Origin: Raillietiella orientalis
Taxonomy: Eukaryota
DNA length: 64,000 bases
NCBI GenBank assembly: GCA_036172245.1
Contig: JAYWIR010000007.1
Location: forward strand, 558,001-622,000
Reading direction: 5' to 3'
In this document: positions 48,441 through 60,200 of the stretch, one piece after another
Position numbering within the stretch: position 1 is the first letter of the stretch
How the letters are laid out: every line of letters begins with the position of its first letter
The notes under the pieces: model-generated
Database searches by the model: none
The model's input: only the letters and a program-made list of their open reading frames with translations
Told to the model about the DNA's origin: nothing
Made by a program: the position numbers and the translations under genes

Positions 48441-50319
48441 ATCAATCTCCGTTTCGGAGCGGGAAGAGGGAGAGCAATCGGCGAGTCCGGCTTGCATCCT
48501 TCTACGGAGGGTCTAACCAGTCCCAAATCGTGCGCAGGGACGGGATGGACCACGCCCTTGAGATAGGCAGGCAAGCGGAGCATCGCACAAGGTGGTTGGA
48601 CGAGTGCGCCAAGGGAGAAGAGGTCGAGTTCAATAGTGTTGCTTCCGGGGTCCTCCCCTGGGTATACGGAGAGTTGGGATCGGGGTGGGCTGCCGGAGGA
48701 AAACAGGACGGCCCTTGTGAGGGTCTGACGCGCGTTCGGTACCGTCCCCCGCCCCAAGGTGACCCAGGGTTCCGACCCTCCTCTCAAGCCTTCTCTGGTA
48801 GAAGGACGCTGGATGTCTTCTCCATGACAACCGAAAGGAGCTCGCAAGGCAGCTTCCTTCCGGAAGGCAGCTAAGGTCGCTCCGGGAGGTAGGAAAGCGG
48901 GATCTGGTGGGGCTCCCGTGGGGTCGTCCCCTCTCGCGGCGAGTTCCGTAAGACGAACTCCTCTTACTCCCTCTTCCTGTCCGCCGCCAATTTTCGCGTC
49001 CAGGGGAAGGAGGGCGCTTGCGAAACCTCACCGAAGAGTGGGAATCCTCTCCCTGGGCGGTGCCGCAGGCGTCGTTCATAACAGGGAGAGGGGGGGGATT
49101 AAGGAAAAACCGTTCTGCCCACTCTTCTGGCTCCTTACCACCCACTCTTTTCCTCTCCTGGACTCTTTCGACCTCATGCACCATTCTTTCCAAGGCTTCT
49201 TGCCCTGCTGCCTAAACTCCGGGAGCCACCAGAAACGCTGCCGTTCCCCTCTACTCCTAGTCTCAGCGGCCCTTGCCTCCAGGCGGTCCGAGGCCCACGT
49301 GCCCTCTACGGGGGCCCACGACCCCTTTCCCATGAGGGATCCTGGTCCTCCCTCCTGAGGACTCGACACTCCTCCAGCACTAGGTCCGCACCCCTGCTTC
49401 GATCGCGCGAGCTTCGGTCCTTCTCTGCTGCCGTTGGCAGGGCAGTCCCTCCTTGAGAGCCCACTAACACGGGGTAGGACTCCCAGATTGGCAGCGAAGG
49501 GAGACTGAGTTTCGGGAAGGGCTGGGTCATCCTCCCCTCCACGAAGGAGAGGAAGAAGGGAGGGGGCATCGAACCGTCCTGCGACGTCCCGAGTCGCTCT
49601 CGGAATGCCGTTCTCGTCCTCCATCTTTCACAGTGATGCCCTGGCCAGTCGTTCCGCAGGAAAGGGGGACTTCAGGGGTTTCACCCGACTAACGGCAAGG
49701 GAAGGAAAGGTCATCTCCGCTCCCTCCTGGACCGCGGAGGCTCTTCCCGAGCCGCAGGAGGGTGTCCTGATGCTGCACCTACCCTTCTTCTCCCCTTTCT
49801 CCTCCTCCTCTTCTCCACAATCTTAGGACGGGGGAGCCGCTTCTGGGACGAGGCTCCCCATCGCTTAAGGCGGGCGCGGAGCAGCCAACCGGATGAGGCG
49901 TCATAAATCTTCCTGTCCGCAGAGTTTCAAGGTTGCCCTAGGGGAGGCGGCGGGCATGCGGAGATTTCGGGATTCCGGCCGGGACGGGGAGATTTCCCAT
50001 CTCCGTTCCCCATTTTCCCTTCCTTCCTCCCTCTTTCTTCTTCGGTCCAGATGATGCTGCGAGAGAGCGTACCGTCGCAAGCAAGAAATTTTCGGCACCG
50101 GCAGAAAGGGCGAGCAGAGACGACGACGGGAAGCTGCCTTTGGTCTAGAAGCCACGCGGGACCGCGGCGGCGGAAGGACCGGACGGAAAAATCGAACTCG
50201 ATAGCGCTCCTACTTTCTTACGGAGGAGGCAAGCAGTGGGCTCCATCGCGATCGACCCCCAAATGCTATCTCGCTATCCCTGTCTCGAAAGACTTAAAGG
50301 AACGGTGAGGAACCTGAAC

Positions 50320-50415
50320 GAAAAGGAAGAGGAGAAGGAAGAGGAAGGAAGGAGGAGAGGGGGAAGGGGGGAGGAGAAGGAAGAGGAAGAGAGGAAGAAG
50401 AAGAGGAGGAGGAAG
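50320..50415. repeat. GA-rich low-complexity tract (GAG/GAA)
   Basis: Purine-only run on the plus strand. Confidence 0.75.
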
Positions 50416-52678
50416 GATCTTCATCCATTCCTCTCTCCCACCCTTCTCTATCGCCCCGGACTCCGAAGCCTCTACCCACTGCGCTGGGAGCGGCTAGGGT
50501 TCCGATAGGGCAAGGCCTCCCGACTAGAAGCGCGGATCCCATCGCAGAGTCATGGCAATGGCTGCTGGACCGAGGGAACCACACGCCCATTCACCTTTCA
50601 CTGCTGGTACACCAGAGTCCTCCTTGTTCTTCCAGGTGGCGTCCCATCTCGTCCTCCGCTTCCTGGCCAAAACAAAAAAAAAAGACAGAAGAGACAGTGG
50701 TCTCCTGCTCCGCCGAAGACCAGGATGCGTCCCCCTCCTCCTCCCACTTTCCTGTTTTTTCTGGTCTCCCGCCGATGAGCCCCTCGGGCAACCTGCCGCG
50801 GCTCTCAGCGGTGAAGCGGCACGAGGCTTCCTGCTGAGACTCAGCCCTTCCCCCTGTGCGGCCAGCCCTCATGAGAACTCGACTCACGAGGAGGGAGCCT
50901 GCAGGTGTGGGGTTCTTCCGGGGGCAGGAAGTGCAGCGGCTTAACCTTCTTCCGGTAGCGATCACGGTTACTCTTCCCGACTGAAGCTCGGGGGCTGCTT
51001 GGCGGCGGCGGAGATCCGGAAGACGCGGGAGAGCATCTTCCTGTTCCTGAAGAAAGAGGCGGGGGAGAAGGACGGGTCGCTTGCTCCGCCCTCTATGTCC
51101 GGGAGGCAGGATGCGGAGGATACTGGAAGGAGAAAAAAGCCTCCCTCTCCCGCCCCCGGGAAGTAAGAAAGGGACTTCTTCAGCGCCCAGAAGCCTATAT
51201 GGGAGGAGAATGGGGGGGGGGGAATTCCCCCTTTCCTTCTTCCCGAAACACCAGCTGCGGGTCCAGGAGGATGATGCGGCGTTCATAGATTCGCTCCTTT
51301 CTCTGCTTTTTCCCTTTACAGGTGGGCTTTGGGTACGGGCACGGGGAAGCAGGAGGAAGGGGTGTGGAGCCACCCTGTGGGAGATAGGATGGGCCGCAAA
51401 AGGAGAGAAAGGCTCTCTCCTTCTCCTCTTTCGGATGCTGTTCGCCGTGCCACCGACGAGGGTGCGGAGCTGCCGCCTCCCGATTCCGGAACGCCCGGGG
51501 GGTGGCAAAATATGCGTTTTTATTCCTCGCGTGAATCTCCCGCACAGCCAACGAGTAGGAGGGACCTGGGAGCGAGTCCCATCGCCGGAGGGTCTCCGGG
51601 TCCACCGACCCCCTCCGCGGGAGCTGCGAGGAGGGTGGGCATCTTCCGCGAGGAGCGCTTCTTCCGCCGCCGGTCGTGGCAGTCCCGCGCCTCTCCTTCG
51701 AAGTGCGCGGAAGCGCTTCCTGGAGGGAGGGAGGTCCCGACTTCCTGGAGCGGGGGGAAGAAGGAGGAGAACCCTTCCGCGGGTGGTCAGTCGTGGAGGA
51801 GGAGGGCGAAGAAGACGGCTACAGAGATCGTCGCCGCCACGACCACGTGCTCGCAGAGGCGACTTCCCGAAGGTTGCCCAGATGCCACCTCCCGGTGGTG
51901 GACCGCTGCCGTCTCTCCGTCTGCAAGCAGAGGCTCTGAGTCACCTTTCCCTTCCCGGAGGGGGAGAAGAGGCGGAAGAGGAGGGAGAGGTCTGCTCATG
52001 GCCCTTCTACGGGGAGGTCGAGGGGTGGGTGGGGGTGGAAGGTCCAACAGGAAGGCTGCGCATCCATTCCTCCACACTCGCGGGGGGTTCATCTATTGGG
52101 GGGCTGTTCCAAGGCCCATCTGTTCCAAGTAGGGAGCGGATCGTAGGTGAGTGGGGATGGTTGGCATCTGCCGCCGCGGCATAAGTCGGAGGTGAACTTG
52201 AAAGAATAAAGGGTTCGGAGGCGAGAGGGAACAAGGAAGAGGGGGATCACAGCCTTTCGAATGGTCCCTGAGTAAGGGAACGAACCTCCCCCCTCCCGGA
52301 AGGGCGCTCCGAGAAGGACCTTCTGGACGGTAGGAGGCCTGGAGGTGCTACGGAAGCTAGTAAGGACGGCGCGGATCTCCTTCTCGGCGGGGACAAGGAG
52401 TTGGAAGGAACGAGGGGAGTGGCACAGAAACAACAACAAAAAAAAGGAAGAACGGGAGTAGGGCAGCAGGAGGGATCCGACGAAGCGGAAGGGAAACGGG
52501 AACGGGCGGGAAGGCAGGGTCGAGAAAGGACGTAAAGGAACGATCTTCTTCCAAAGGGGCCCTCCCACCCGGGAGATGGGGGAGGGCAAAAGGGAACGGT
52601 GTTGGGTTCTCCGTTCGCCTCTCCGGAAGCAGGGGACGCCTCCCTCCTCTTTCCTGAGCAGGGTCTCCCGGCACATAC

Positions 52679-53204
52679 CGTTGAAGACGAAGACGCTGAT
52701 GTTGGCAGGAACGGAGTGGGGGGCGACGCAGGAGTAGGTCCCAGAGTCCGAGGCGGTGGAGTCCCTGACGATGAGCTTGGAGCTGGAGACGGCGCCGATC
52801 TCCGTCAGCACGGACACCCCTCCACGGAGGGCGTAAACGTCGATGGCCTCCCCGTTGCGCAGCCAGTGGATGTGCAGGGACCCGTACGGAGGCCGGAAGA
52901 GCACCCCGGGCTGCGGTGCACAGGGAGGGACTGCTCTCCGCAGGGGGAACGGGGAATTGGACGATGGGGTCGGAAGGGACGGGAGCGGGGAGGAGAGGAG
53001 GCGTCTCCACCCTCCTCCCTCTTTCTCCTCTGCTCCCCATTCCCCATTCCTTCTCCCTTTCCTGCTTACCCTCTCCACCGTGCAAGTCAGCGTTATCATG
53101 GATCCCACGTCCACATGGTACTCGGCTCCCTCCTTGATCTGCACCAGGGGCAGTGAGATGCACAGCTCCGTCAGGTGCGACAGCACACCTACGGCCGTGG
53201 ACAC
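52679..53204 (-). CDS. Dpr-like exons for Ig domain 2 (53070-53204 and 52679-52910)
   Basis: caccag|GTG TCC ACG ... GAG AGG|GTAAGC and ccgcag|CCC GGG ... AAC G|GTATGT; DSGTYSC Ig motif. Confidence 0.85.
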
Positions 53205-55145
53205 CTGGTGGCAGCGATGGAAGCTCAGTGAGGCTCCCGCCCCAGAGAGGGAGAAAAGGGCAGGAAGGATGCGGAAGGTGGGAGGGGAAGAGATGCCCTC
53301 TCCTTTGACCGGAGAGTTCTTCGTCCTCTCTGGGCTGCCGCTCCCAAACATCCCCAAATTCCCTCTGCACCACCTTTCCCGTCTTCCTTCCCGCCTTTTC
53401 TCCGGAGAGTCTGCATCTCCCGTCCACTCCTCCTCCCCTGCCCCAGAGTCGCGCGCGAACGTGGCCACGAAGGGACGTGGCACGACCTCTTCTTCCACCC
53501 ACATGTGTAGGCTGCTGGGGTCCTCTGAGAGAGACTGCATCCTAGGAGCGGGATGGGAAAGCGGCGAGGGGACGGAGGTGGAGAACCCTGAGTCTTCAGA
53601 GAGATCCTCCCAGTGAGCTCTTTGGCTAGGGGGCACGCGCGTAAGGAAACGTGTAAAGACTCCCCAGGGTGGCTCGCGCGTCTCTTCCTTCTCGTCGGGG
53701 GTGCGCTTCTCTCCGTGCAGGGTCTCCCCCCCCTTGCACCTCTGCTCGTCACTCTCGCATCTCTCTCTCCCCTGTCCTCTGCCACGGAATCCGGAAAGCC
53801 AGTTTCCGGAAGATCCTGGAAACCTGGAGGAGGTTTCCAAGGGAGTAGCAGGGGGACAGCAGGCGGGCGAAAGAGATTCCCGCTACCGCGCTTTCCTACG
53901 GGGAAGGCAAGTCTACCAGCGAGGAGGTTGCCAGGAGGGAGAGGCAATCCCAGCCGCCCACTCCGCATCGCTTTCCGTCACCGGGGAGGAGAAGGAACGA
54001 TCCCTGAGTTTCGGTTTCGAAGAAGCTGCGTCTTTTTCCGGCATCGAGGAGGAAAGGGGGTAGGAAGGGGGTTGAAGAAGAGATGACTGCAAAGGAGGAA
54101 GGATACCAGTGCACCCTCGTGCGGGTACCCCAACGCTGCTTCCTGATTCCCGCGGGTGCTTTCCTGAGTTCCTTCCATGCCCATGAGGAGGGCAGAGGAC
54201 CTACCAGAGCGCGCCTGCACCTCTCAGTTCGTGTCTTCCTCCGCTTTGCCCTTTGCCCACCGCGTGTCAACTTCGTTGCCAAAATAAGGGCGTCACTCTC
54301 TCCCCGAGAATTCTGGATGCTATGGCGTGCGGAGACCATCCTTCCCGCCCATGCCCATGTCACTCCCCGCTCTGCCCTCCGGAGAAAGGGTCCCCTGACC
54401 TTCGACAAGCAGGCGATGGAAGGCCGGGCCTTCCACTGGGTCGCATCCCCTTTATCGCGATGCCGTGCTCCTTGCCGGTGCAACCATAGAGGTCTGTCTG
54501 CGTGGGGCCACCTCCGAGCTTCCGTGCCGCAGTACCCGGGTGTCTGGTTGAGGTCGAATGGGATAGATGGTCCTCGCAATGGGAATGGACACGCCCACAA
54601 GTGCAAGGAATTTTGCTCTTGATACTCGGTAGCTCCAGAGAGGTTTCAAAGTCTTGGGGGAGAGGGGAAGGGAGAGAAGGAAGGCAGGAGTAGGGAAGAA
54701 GAGTCCTATTCCCTGGAAGGGTCCCATCGGTGAGGATTCTCTCCCCTACCTGGCATTCATAGAAACCTCGATCTTCCCATTGCAGGTCCTTTATGTTTAG
54801 GCTCCAGACTCCTTTCTCGGGGTCGAAGACGCTTGCGAATCTTTCATCCCTTATGAAGACTTCGCCGTCGGAGCTCAGGATCTGCATATCAGTCGCGCGG
54901 ACCCAAGACACCTGGGGAGGCGGCGATGCCGTGAGACAAGCACGGGAGCACCTCGGGATGTAGGTGGATTGGCGCTTGCCTCCTTTATGGGCAGATCGGG
55001 AACGGGGAGAGGCGGGAACGAGAGAAAGCAAAAAAAAAAGGTCTCACTGCGGTTGCTGGGTTCTGGAACGGGCACCCTATTTGCACCGTGTCTCCCAGAC
55101 CGGCGATCTCCACGGAGCCGGCCTTCGAGGAAGATCGCTCGCCCT
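52679..55145 (-). CDS. Dpr-family (defective proboscis extension response / zwei-Ig-like) two-Ig-domain cell-surface protein, partial
   Basis: Four phase-consistent exons: 55048-55145 (EIAGLGDTVQIGCPFQNPATA), 54750-54911 (VSWVRATDMQILSSDGEVFIRDERF...WSLNIKDLQWEDRGFYECQ), 53070-53204 (VSTAVGVLSHLTELCISLPLVQIKEGAEYHVDVGSMITLTCTVER), 52679-52910 (...HWLRNGEAIDVYALRGGVSVLTE...SKLIVRDSTASDSGTYSCVAPHSVPANISVFVFNG). Both Ig Cys-Trp-Cys cores are intact. Signal-peptide and C-terminal exons were not resolved. Confidence 0.88.
54750..54911 (-). CDS. Dpr-like exon, Ig domain 1 core
   Basis: ccccag|GTG TCT TGG GTC CGC ... TAT GAA TGC CAG|GTAGGG. Confidence 0.88.
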
Positions 55146-57829
55146 CTGGAAGGGGAGAAAAAAAAAAAAATGGGAAAATTAAAAAGTTTCGCTGACGCGG
55201 CGGAAGGGCCGCCCGAGTGAACGAGGTGCTCCTCCTCCTTCGGAAAGTTCGCCTCCCGGAATCACATGCGTGGACTTCGGCATTGATCACGGAGTGCGCT
55301 CTGGTCCCGCCGGCGGTGTTTGCATCTACGCGTGAGCGAGCAGCCGCGATTTCCTGCTGTCGTTTCTTTTTCGGCGTTCCTCCAGCAAATGAAAACGGGG
55401 GACCTCGTTCGCGGCGCCATCTTTGCAATTCACTTCCTGCGAGTTTTTATGAGGAGCGGGCGGATTTTCCCTTTCCGACATCTTGTTGGGATGCAGCAAT
55501 GAGTTGCGTGAAAATCAATCGGTAACTACAAGAGGACGGTGGCGGGAGGAAGGAGGGAAAAGGTGGAGGCGGGGGGGAGAAGGAACCGAAGCCACCTCCC
55601 GACGATTTTTTCCCTCTTCCAGATTTTCCACGAGGAGGGGATCCCATGCAAGACGGCAACCGTTCCTTGCGAGTGCCTCCGTGCCGCGTCTGTGAGACTT
55701 TTCGGGGGAAACTTGATTGCCAGATTTCTTTTCTTCTAGATGGCTGGGCTGGAGAGTAGAGATGTGGATGTAGCTGACCAGAGGTAATCATCAAATTGAC
55801 TTGTCGGCATAACCGAGAGCAAATAGCGCGTGCCGCGCGAGATTGTTTCCCCCGGCTCGTTTTTCCGCAGATGCGAGCAAATAAAGCGTGGCTGAAGAGT
55901 GAATGCGGGTAACCAGGGCAGCAGTTGGGAGGGGGAGAGGAGCGTAGCAGCAACCAATAGCAGCCACCATTGCGCGCTTTGGCGGCCGTGTAGCTCGCTG
56001 CGGGCGAGATGGCAAATCGAACATGGGGTGTTGCATCGGCAAGAGACTGAGCTCCACACTCGCGGCCGATCTGCTCGAATCGAATCCATCCGCTCCACGG
56101 CATCCGCGGGACTGGAAATTTCCGGCGAGGATGCGCCCTAGGTGCCAACTTCGACCGCCGTCGTTCCGGGAAGAGGGATCGAGCGTCCCTAAAGCGCCCG
56201 CTTCCGCCACCAGCGTATGTTTGTTTGCTTTCGGAGGCTCCGTCCGCTTCCGGGAGCGCAGTGGTCCGCTGCCCGTCCCGGAGCCACAACGAAAGTAAGG
56301 TCTTCCCTCCAGTCCGGAGTCCGAGAACCACGCTTTATTCTCCCGTTTGTTTTTCCGTGATCTTTGGGGTGTGCCTGGGACTCGGGAGAGAGAGCTCGAG
56401 GGGAAGCTCTTTCTTTCTCCGCGGTCCACCGCCTTCCCCACATCCAGGAATGAAACGCCTGCCGATACGCCTTTCGTCCCTCCTGGCCTTCAGTCGAGCT
56501 AACAGCTATCCGTCGACTTCCTCAGGGAGGACGGAGGCGACGGGACCTCCGCCTTTTCCCCCCTTTCCTCCTTCCTTCTGGGGTTCATTCCTTCCCGGTG
56601 GATGATCTCTCGGAAAAGGTTTCCTAATCTGCTCCATCCCCCGCTGTTCACCTCAGCTGGGCGATGGGGGCTGGTCGCAGCCTGAGGAGCAGCTTGAAGT
56701 GCGCTGCCGGAATGCGCGAATCCACCGTCCCAGTAGGGCTGCTCCCAGACCCTGCCGAAGGGATGCTGTCCGTTGCAAGAACGCATCCGTTCCCGACCCC
56801 TTTTCCCGTTTCCTGGAGGAGGGCGCTTGGGGAAGGCGAGTGCCTCTTTCCCGGCCACTCGAGAAACACTCCCGCGTACCTCCCTTTCCGGAAAGTCCTC
56901 CTTCCTTGGTGAACGCGCGTCCCGAGACGCCGATCTCGTGGAGGAAGACTGCAAGGGCCAGGCACATGTTCACGGCTCCGCAGGGACGGACACTTCCTCC
57001 GGGAGGTCTCTCCTTCGGACGACGACCTGGAAAGAAGAGGAGGGAGAAGTGCTCAAGATGTCCTTGCCCTTTACGGCCAAGACAAGGACTCCCGGAAAGA
57101 AGGAAAAAGGGGGAAGTTGAGGGAGCAGGTTCCGGCGAGGGCGGGGCGCCGCCTGCTGACGCTTCCCGGTCTCGCAGGCTTTCTCTTCCATTCCCGAGCT
57201 TCCGAGGGAGTGCTCGACCCTGAGTGTGTCTCTGCTTGCTCACCGAAGGAAGCCGAAGACGCACCGGCGTCTCTCGAGTGTGCCGAGAATCCCAGGAATG
57301 AGCGTTCTTCTTCGGAAGTTTCGTCCTCCCCACCCCCTCTTCCCCTTCCTTACTTTCTTTCGATCAGACGACGCGTCCTCCCTGCACTCCCTCATCCCCG
57401 TACTCATCCACTTCCAAGACAACTCCCCCTCTCTTCCCGCCCTCCGCCTGCAACAGGGGAAGGATCCTGGTTGTGCCCTTTTTCTCGTGCGCTCTCTTGA
57501 GACCTGGAGTGGAGGGCAGCGTTCCAGGAGCCTCTCCTCCAGCGGGATCCAGGAGCTAAGAACTCCCGGAGAAGAAAAACCCAGCACTGGGGAGAGAGCA
57601 AGATGGAATGCATCTCCCGTCTCAAGCGGTCCCCCTCCCTTGCTTCTGGCTGCTCACGACCCAGGAATCTCTCTCTGATCCTCCACTTCTTGCTTCCTGC
57701 TCAGGGCTTCGCTTCCCGCCTCGGGTCTCTCCTCCTCCGTCGCTCGAGCTGGACACAAACAGGATCACGGGGTTCTCCGTCCGCCCCGGCCTCCAGCCCT
57801 CCAGAAGAGGTGGTGTAGGTTTAACCTCA

Positions 57830-60200
57830 CGACTACGGAATGAGAGCCTCCACTTGGGGTGCTCGAAGCTCTCGCCTAAGGGCAGGCGGAGTGGGGCGAG
57901 GGTGATCCCCTGCTTGGATATTCATTCTTTGCCTTCGTGACTCTCTCGGAACAGGAAGGACTCCTCCTCTCCCCCAGGGCTTTCCACTGGAAAAGAGGAC
58001 GTGTGCACATGGCCCGACGTCTCCGATCGCTCCCACGACCACTGGATGCCTGGTTGGATGCCTCCCCATCCATCCCGACAAACCAAGAGGTGGCAATCAA
58101 GAAAGTGCACCGGGAGATCTTTCCTGGCTCCAAGCATTGTCGGCATCTGTGGAAACATCTCCCTCTAGGGCTTTGAAGAATCGGTGATGGCGCCTCGTCC
58201 CCCACCAAACGAGTGGATTCGGGTGGGGGCAGAGACCCAGCTGCAAGAACAGGGTAAAACCCTTTCTTTCCTTTCATTTGCGATGCAAGAACGTCCCTTG
58301 TTTCGGGAGGAAGGCGCAGAGCAATCTGTGCCGCCCGCGACATCTCGAAAACGTTCAAATATGCCCCTCCAGGGGGATTCTCGAATGCACCGGTCCCGCC
58401 CAACCCAAGGTAGTTGCTGCAAACGTTTCCTTCCCTGAGGTCATCGAGTCTATCCATTCACTCGGACCGCGCAAGAGTTACAGGAACAAGGGGTCCTCGT
58501 TCTCTTCCAGCACCGCTTTGCTGCTCGTTCCTTCCCAAGGGAGTTGAAGAAGCTGCGCCTCTAGCAGCAGCTTCCGGGACGAGGAGTGACGGGTCCGATT
58601 TGCTTTCCGGCTTCCTCCAGGGCTAAAAGCTTCTTGAAAGCATCCGGAAACAACATATCCGAATCCAATGTGTTTGCCAGGATTCTGGGAATGCAAGTTC
58701 CTGAACGGGTATCGATTTGGAAACTAGCGCTTGTTTTGGTCGCCGCGTCCGATGGAGTCGAGTCCGAGATTCGAGGCTTTGGGGACCCATCTGAGAAATG
58801 CCAACGGAAAGAGTCAGTTGAACCGGAAATCTCTCGGGGATCCAGCCCACGATCTCACACATGGCATGGGAACTCTTATGTCTTCAAGAATGATCTACCA
58901 GTCCCTCTGAGCAAATCTCCTCACTACGACGCTGCTCGGCTATTAATAACTTCGGAACTGTTATTAATAACCCTTGCGAGTTATCTCTTGGCACCCGTCA
59001 ACAATGACCTGCTTGAGGTGCGACGTTGTTCAGTTATTAATAACTTCGAATGGGTGCGTTCTGCTTCTAGGCACTCGCCAACAATGGTCTACACAGCAGG
59101 AAGCTCCTCGACTGCGTGAGGATTATTCGAGGACATTTGCTTCTCATAACATGCACTGCAACGTGCAGTCTCCTAGAGAACTGGCTCTTCCTTGAATTTA
59201 GGGGACGAACGGTGCATTCAGGGCAGGTACATGCGGAAACTTAGGAAGTTCAGCTTGCAATGGGCCGCGTTAGTTTCTCATTTCTCATTCCCATGATCGT
59301 AGCCCCTTAGCCTCCACGCTTTGTTGACGACGCATCCTCCAGTGAAATGCTTTCTACATCGCGCAGGGCAACCACCGACGAAACCGCCTTCAGGAATAGT
59401 GCTCTCTTTGTTAGGACGGGACGGGTCCTGGGAAGAGAGTAGCTCTTCAAGACCACCGTCGTAAAAGTCTTGTACACGTTTCGGCTGTACATGTACTAAA
59501 ATTGGAACGATACAGAAAAGATCAGCATAGCTCCTGCAAAAGGATGACAAGCAAAATCATGAAAAGAATCCTCTTCAGGAGACAAAACGACACCTCCTCC
59601 CATTCCACGGCTCAGAGTGCCTTCCCCATTCCTTGCGACATAGGAGGCCGAGATCCGTCCCCACTGTTGTCAGCACCAGGATTCCAGGAATATACACTCA
59701 TATAAAGAGGACGCTCGTCCATCTGCTTACGCCGGTAGTTACGACACCTGGAGTGGACTGCAGGCGGCAACAAGGGATTGTCCTTCCAGGAATTGAGCAT
59801 CCAGACACCCTGCCGTTAGCTTCTCGTCGGGAGCCCGTGGAGCATCTGGTTATCAGGAAGCGCCTGGAGAGACGCATTCCCGCTCCCCAAGGCATTTCTC
59901 TCCCGACACTCGGAGAAAGTTCCGAGGTTCCGCTGCGGGTTAGGCAGGTTTCGCCTCGAGAAGGAATCTTGTCTTTTAAACCTCTTCCGCCACTCAAAGA
60001 ATCGGGGACCCTCTTCATCCAAGAACCTTCTCGGCCAGGAAGAGACGCGGTGCGTCCGGTCTCTCGGAACGGCCTCATGTTCAGGGAACTCGCTATATTC
60101 CGAGATCCACCGATCCACTTGTCTCAGACCCACCATTTCTTTTTCCGGTAGCCTTTAGGACGGACCACCTGCCGTTCTCATTTCCGGCAGTTCCCGATCC
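57830..60200 (-). mobile_element. Highly decayed L1/Tx1-like LINE remnant (RT + zinc-finger region), interrupted at ~58.9-59.3 kb
   Basis: Minus-strand VSGCSIPGRTI (cf. Q.GFIPGRSI), GMGKAL*AVEWEEV (cf. D..KAFD.V.W), TKRGG*GA (cf. RG.RQG) and CRQCLEPG../DLPVHFLDC (zf-RVT-like), in the expected order. Confidence 0.5.
58925..59090 (+). repeat. Degenerate ~73-bp tandem repeat carrying the palindrome TTATTAATAA and GGCACYCGYCAACAATG
   Basis: TATTAATAA at ~58941, TTATTAATAA at 58961 and 59034; GGCACCCGTCAACAATG at ~58990 and GGCACTCGCCAACAATG at ~59070. Confidence 0.6.

Noticed and set aside
52089..53840. 583-aa ORF as a single protein
   Set aside because: It is two real Dpr-like exons read through stop-free introns; canonical splice sites bound the Ig segments.
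58925..59090. Repeat-spacer-like periodicity as a CRISPR array
   Set aside because: Eukaryotic context, only 2-3 degenerate units, related spacers and no cas genes.
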